A stretch of DNA of 64,000 nt from NCBI GenBank assembly GCA_965644315.1, contig CBFFRQ010000019.1, forward strand, positions 124,001 through 188,000, given 5' to 3'. A program made the translations under genes and the position numbers. The stretch comes from Caecitellus pseudoparvulus. Lineage: Eukaryota; Protista; Bigyra: Bicosoecida. The notes below the pieces were generated by a model that was not told the DNA's origin, made no database searches, and saw nothing but the letters and a program-made list of their open reading frames with translations. Each line of letters starts with the position of its first letter. The stretch's first letter is position 1. Below, in pieces: positions 60,451-64,000 of this stretch.

Positions 60451-61312
60451 AGTCCGGGTGCGGGTCGATCGGGTGCAACTCGTCTCTCTGGCAGTGGGGC
60501 AAGCCTCGGCGCAAAGCCCCGGGCGGCCTCAGTGCTATCGTGAGGTTGAATGGGTCAAGACGCTAGATTTCGGGTTAACGTGCAGCGTCAGGTGCACAAT
60601 GGATTTGATGCGAATCGGCGTGTGATGTGAGGTGGGGTGGGGGGCCCTCTGCCAGCTTGTCGCAAGAAATCGAAAGTTCCCGGACAGTGCTCGGGGCAAG
60701 TGCAACCTGAACCTCGCACGGGCAACCAGCGTGCCAAGCTCGCAAGATGATGACGCCCAGCCCCATTCAACGAGTTCTCTAGGCCTCTGAGGCTTCTTCC
60801 GTTTGTGCGTGACCTTCCTGGCGGCTCGCGCTTCTTGTCCTGTCTCCCTCCTCCTCCAGCTTCGTCGTCGTCGCTCTCGTTTGGCAGTGGATGGACCATC
60901 TTTGCTCTTTCCTCGGCGCCACGTGGTGATCCACACAAGCCATGGAACCAGAACCTACGAATGACATACAGTGTGCTGTCCGGGTCACCTTCGCCTGAGG
61001 TGGTCGAAGCTCGAGCCCTGGTGAGCGTGGCCCGCAACTTTGCACCGAAAGTTGTGGATTACGCTTCACATGGCGAAGGTGCCCCCCACGAACAAGCCCT
61101 GCGAGGGGGCAATGCGACATGCCTGAGGCGAACAACTTTCGTCGTGCAAGCGATTTTGGGTGACAGGCCTGGTGCTTGGTCTCCGCATTGCGTAGTAACT
61201 TGGCCTTTGGTGGAGCTTGCCACTTCCGATTTCCGCACCCCAGCAGGTGATGCTCACCTGCACTTCCCGAAGAGTCCTACGCACAACTCTGAACCGGCCT
61301 GTCAAATTCCGT

Positions 61313-62950
61313 ATGGCGGCAGACAGCACTCCCACTGAGCAAACTGCCTGCGTCCGTGATGTGCTCGGGGCAGGGCTGCTGGCCCTTAGAGCAGCGTGTG
61401 CTGCCATCAGGGCAGTGGTAGCTGATGCGGAAGATCTGGCGGTCGTTGACAAAGGCGCAGGGGGTACATGGGACCCCCAGACTATCGCAGATCGACGGGC
61501 CCAGAGCATCATTATCGGTACCTTGCGGCAGCGCTGGCCTGGCCTTCCCATCGTTGGCGAGGAAGATCAGACCGGCGCGACGGCTGGAGAAGCTGCAACA
61601 GAGAGCGCCGCCACCTGCGCGTTGGATTCGCTGCCGCATGACCCATCAAGTGCTTTACCAATATCTTTGAACGAAGCTGCATCTGATTGCTGGCGAGAGA
61701 TCGCCTTGAGTCGGATGTGTGTGTTTGTTGACCCTTTGGACGGGACGAAGTCGTTTCACCGGAGAGAATTCACGGCAGTCAGCTCGCTGCTGGGCATCGC
61801 TGTGGATGGCGAGCCAGTGGCAGGGTTAATGATGCGGCCATTCATCCCCTCTCCGGCTGCTGCGAGTGGTGCGGGTGCGTACTCTGCTGAGAGTGGGTGG
61901 GTCACGCCTCGCATCGGAGCTGCAAAGCAGCCATGGACCATTGACCTTCCGCCGGGTGAAGAGGACTTTGCGGCCGGGATCGTTGGTGCAGGGGCTGTGG
62001 GTGTACTGGATTTCACCAAGCTCGCTTCCACATGCAGTGAGACATCGTTTAGCACGCTGGTGAAGCCTGTGGTGGCTCGGAGCCCTCCACACCTACCCGC
62101 GTATGCAAACCTTTCGGCGAGTGTTTCTCGGTCAAGGGGGGGGGCTGAGACCGCTGAGTTGTTGCTTTCCATGGGCATTGCGCGATCACAGGCTTCCTTT
62201 GCCTCAGGGGCGGGCTTCAAGGGCTTCCAGGTGCTGCGAGGGGAGGCGGCAGTGTACGCGTACCCCAACGCGAAGACGTCGCGATGGGACACGTGTGCCC
62301 TGGAGGGGATCTTGACGGCTATGGGAGGGGGCTTACTGAATGCGCAAGCAGGGGGGGGAGGCGGCAACCGCGCTCCGCACAAGTATTTGTACGCTTTCGT
62401 CGATCCGAGAGTTAGGGACAGCCAAGTGACGGAGAACAAGCATGGTGTGTTTGCATCACAGTTCCCGGCGCTTGCGACCTGGACCATGCAGAATGCTGTG
62501 CATGCGCGCTTGTTGGCTGAGAGCATTTGGGCGGGCCGTGCCACATGTCCGCCCATCACGCCCGCCGAGGTGGATGGCATGGTGCGGAGGGCGGTTGCAG
62601 ATGGCGAGGGGGGCGATGCAGCTGGTAGTGAGCTTTTGCAGTCCCCCTCCACACCCCATGTGGTGGCATACGAGGTCTTGCCTGCGTTCACGCCCCCAGA
62701 GTCCCCCAGGCCCATGCGGGCTTTCAACCTTCGCCTGCACTGGAGCCCCGACGCATCACATCGAGCGACGCCCCCACCCGCCACCCCCGCATTTCCGAGC
62801 TGTGTGTCTGCGTCTGTTAGCATGTGGAAGCGTGTGGCTCTGCACACAGGCTCAGATTCGACCGTGCTGCCAACCACACTTACCCTTACCATGCCAGCGG
62901 AGCGACCCATTGAGCCGACTGCCAAACGGGCACGCTGCAACCATGCGTGA
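61313..62950 (+). CDS. BPNT1: Inositol monophosphatase-family 3'(2'),5'-bisphosphate nucleotidase (BPNT1-like) with C-terminal extension
   Basis: DPQTIADRRAQ..IIGTL..WPGLPIVGEE, CVFVDPLDGTKSF, GAGFKGFQVLRGEAAVYAYP and WDTCALEGIL. Confidence 0.87.
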   Translation: MAADSTPTEQTACVRDVLGAGLLALRAACAAIRAVVADAEDLAVVDKGAGGTWDPQTIADRRAQSIIIGTLRQRWPGLPIVGEEDQTGATAGEAATESAATCALDSLPHDPSSALPISLNEAASDCWREIALSRMCVFVDPLDGTKSFHRREFTAVSSLLGIAVDGEPVAGLMMRPFIPSPAAASGAGAYSAESGWVTPRIGAAKQPWTIDLPPGEEDFAAGIVGAGAVGVLDFTKLASTCSETSFSTLVKPVVARSPPHLPAYANLSASVSRSRGGAETAELLLSMGIARSQASFASGAGFKGFQVLRGEAAVYAYPNAKTSRWDTCALEGILTAMGGGLLNAQAGGGGGNRAPHKYLYAFVDPRVRDSQVTENKHGVFASQFPALATWTMQNAVHARLLAESIWAGRATCPPITPAEVDGMVRRAVADGEGGDAAGSELLQSPSTPHVVAYEVLPAFTPPESPRPMRAFNLRLHWSPDASHRATPPPATPAFPSCVSASVSMWKRVALHTGSDSTVLPTTLTLTMPAERPIEPTAKRARCNHA

Positions 62951-62989
62951 GGCAGCTGGGGCGTGCATTCAAGCGAGTCAGAGAGAATA

Positions 62990-64000
62990 TCAAGTTGACT
63001 GACTTGAAGGCATGGGAAGCTGCAGTATGCTCGCCTTCTGCAAGCGCCGCACGTGTCCCCAAACTCCAAATGAAGCCTCTGACAGCCGCTTCGGGTTGCC
63101 GCACTCGGCTTCTGCGCTGCGGGTCAAGGCGGCCTGCACAAGGGTAGGTGGCACAAACAGGCCCACCTCTGAAGCTGGCAAGTGGCCTCCCCAGATCCCC
63201 ATCGTGTGCAAGAAGACGGCACACCTAAGAGCTGGAGCCTTTGTCGAGGGAGAGCCGGCCAAGCTGTGCAGGAGCCCGAAAGCTGAGAGTTGCAGGCACC
63301 GCCGGAGCCATGTGATGTGCCCGTGTGGAGCAGCTGCTCGTCCAGACGGTGTGTTTGCGGAGGGGTGCACAACATGGTACATGCTGTGCAGCAAGCTGTG
63401 CACTGCACAAGGCACCACGTCGGCAGAGTTGCTCCAGGCTCCAAAGGTGGGTGAGTACTGCGCCCCCTTCCACCAATTGTTGTGTTCAGGGCTGCCAACA
63501 CAGACTGCCAGTAGGATCGGCAAGTGGGACCAGATATCACGAGCCGCAGAGGCACCCGCATCGTGTCCACCTCCAGCCTCACGCAATGCGGCCTGCAAAG
63601 CTGAGTCGGACAGGCAGGCTGCACCACCAGGAGCGTCAAAGCCAGGTGCTGTGCCTACAGCTGCCCTTGAAACGGCTCCGGCCTTGACAAGGTCCCCTAG
63701 CAGGATTGCAGACTTATGGACTGCTGCTCCGTTGGCAACAACCTGCGATGTGGCCGACGTCGGTGCTGGGACATGTGCAGAGGACTCGTTGCCCGCTGCA
63801 ACGCCAGCGGACGCAGCAACACTGCACCAGGTGTCCAGCGCTGGCAAATGCACTCGCCCAGAGACGCTTGCTCCGCCCCCCGGAACGACTCCTGTGTGCA
63901 CGTCTTGTCCAGGTTGCAAGAGACCCCAGGCGGTTCGAAGCACCGCAAGCCCAGCGGAAGGAGCTGCACCTCGCGCTGCCGCTTCCTGCATGCTTGCAGC
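62990..64000 (-). CDS. NCKAP1: C-terminal part of a divergent Nck-associated protein 1 (NAP1/Hem, WAVE/SCAR complex subunit); 5' end off-window
   Basis: The order of motifs SDSALQAAL..WSHLPILLA..QYSPTFGAWSNSADVVPCAV..LRRCLQLSAFGLL..HLPASEVGLFVPPTLVQAAL matches my recollection of the NCKAP1 C-terminus (DPALV..QYSP..NNIHCLA..EFLALASSSLL..FLTMDLLESCFPYVLL). Confidence 0.62.
   Translation of the reverse strand, partial: AASMQEAAARGAAPSAGLAVLRTAWGLLQPGQDVHTGVVPGGGASVSGRVHLPALDTWCSVAASAGVAAGNESSAHVPAPTSATSQVVANGAAVHKSAILLGDLVKAGAVSRAAVGTAPGFDAPGGAACLSDSALQAALREAGGGHDAGASAARDIWSHLPILLAVCVGSPEHNNWWKGAQYSPTFGAWSNSADVVPCAVHSLLHSMYHVVHPSANTPSGRAAAPHGHITWLRRCLQLSAFGLLHSLAGSPSTKAPALRCAVFLHTMGIWGGHLPASEVGLFVPPTLVQAALTRSAEAECGNPKRLSEASFGVWGHVRRLQKASILQLPMPSSQST

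Larger units (their letters stand above)
35481..60461 (-). repeat. Head-to-tail tandem array of four ~6.3-kb gene units (period 6325/6324 bp)
   Basis: ATGs at 41477, 47802, 54126 and 60450. Near-identical 400-bp spacers at 41478-41877, 47803-48202 and 54127-54526. Only scattered SNPs except in the terminal-copy ends. Confidence 0.97.

Noticed and set aside
35481-60461. Array interpreted as a transposon, endogenous virus or CRISPR-like locus
   Set aside because: No transposase, RT, integrase or capsid motifs, no LTRs/TIRs, and no short repeat-spacer structure.
36099-60625. Many long plus-strand ORFs inside the array (e.g. 661, 688 and 376 aa)
   Set aside because: Antisense shadows of a GC-rich coding strand: Thr/Pro/His/Arg-biased with no motifs, and broken or joined by silent SNPs between copies.
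60671-60706. gaaagttcccggac..tcggggcaagtgc resembling RNase MRP CR-I/P8
   Set aside because: No GARAR pentaloop and no convincing CR-V/P4 partner at a sensible distance; it would need an Infernal hit.
61756-63069. 437-aa minus-strand ORF
   Set aside because: Antisense to the clearly recognisable BPNT1-like gene, with no motifs of its own.

Overview
GC-rich, very gene-dense eukaryotic nuclear DNA with short canonical GT-AG introns (donors GTGCGT/GTACGT/GTGAGY). An axonemal dynein heavy chain and a DNAAF1-like assembly factor indicate a flagellated organism. A heterotrophic stramenopile-like protist is my low-confidence guess. The first ~35 kb holds mostly housekeeping genes: a Tudor-like/EF-hand orphan, a signal-peptide TPR-JmjC oxygenase, RAD16, DNAAF1, RAB1, a tandem pair of vWA genes, a double BED-finger protein, GTP cyclohydrolase II, an intronless inner-arm dynein heavy chain and RPA1. 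Positions 35.5-60.5 kb are a head-to-tail array of four near-identical ~6.3-kb units. Each unit encodes an intronless ~2000-aa orphan protein that appears to be a double-membrane-anchored surface glycoprotein. Two copies are intact and two share a 1-bp deletion in a G-tract that removes the C-terminal anchor. The copies are recombinational mosaics with variable stalk/tail regions and one hypervariable micro-patch. A BPNT1-like phosphatase and the 3' end of an NCKAP1/NAP1 (WAVE complex) gene close the window. No rRNA, tRNA, CRISPR array or transposase was recognised. All family calls come from motif recognition by eye; no database searches were run.
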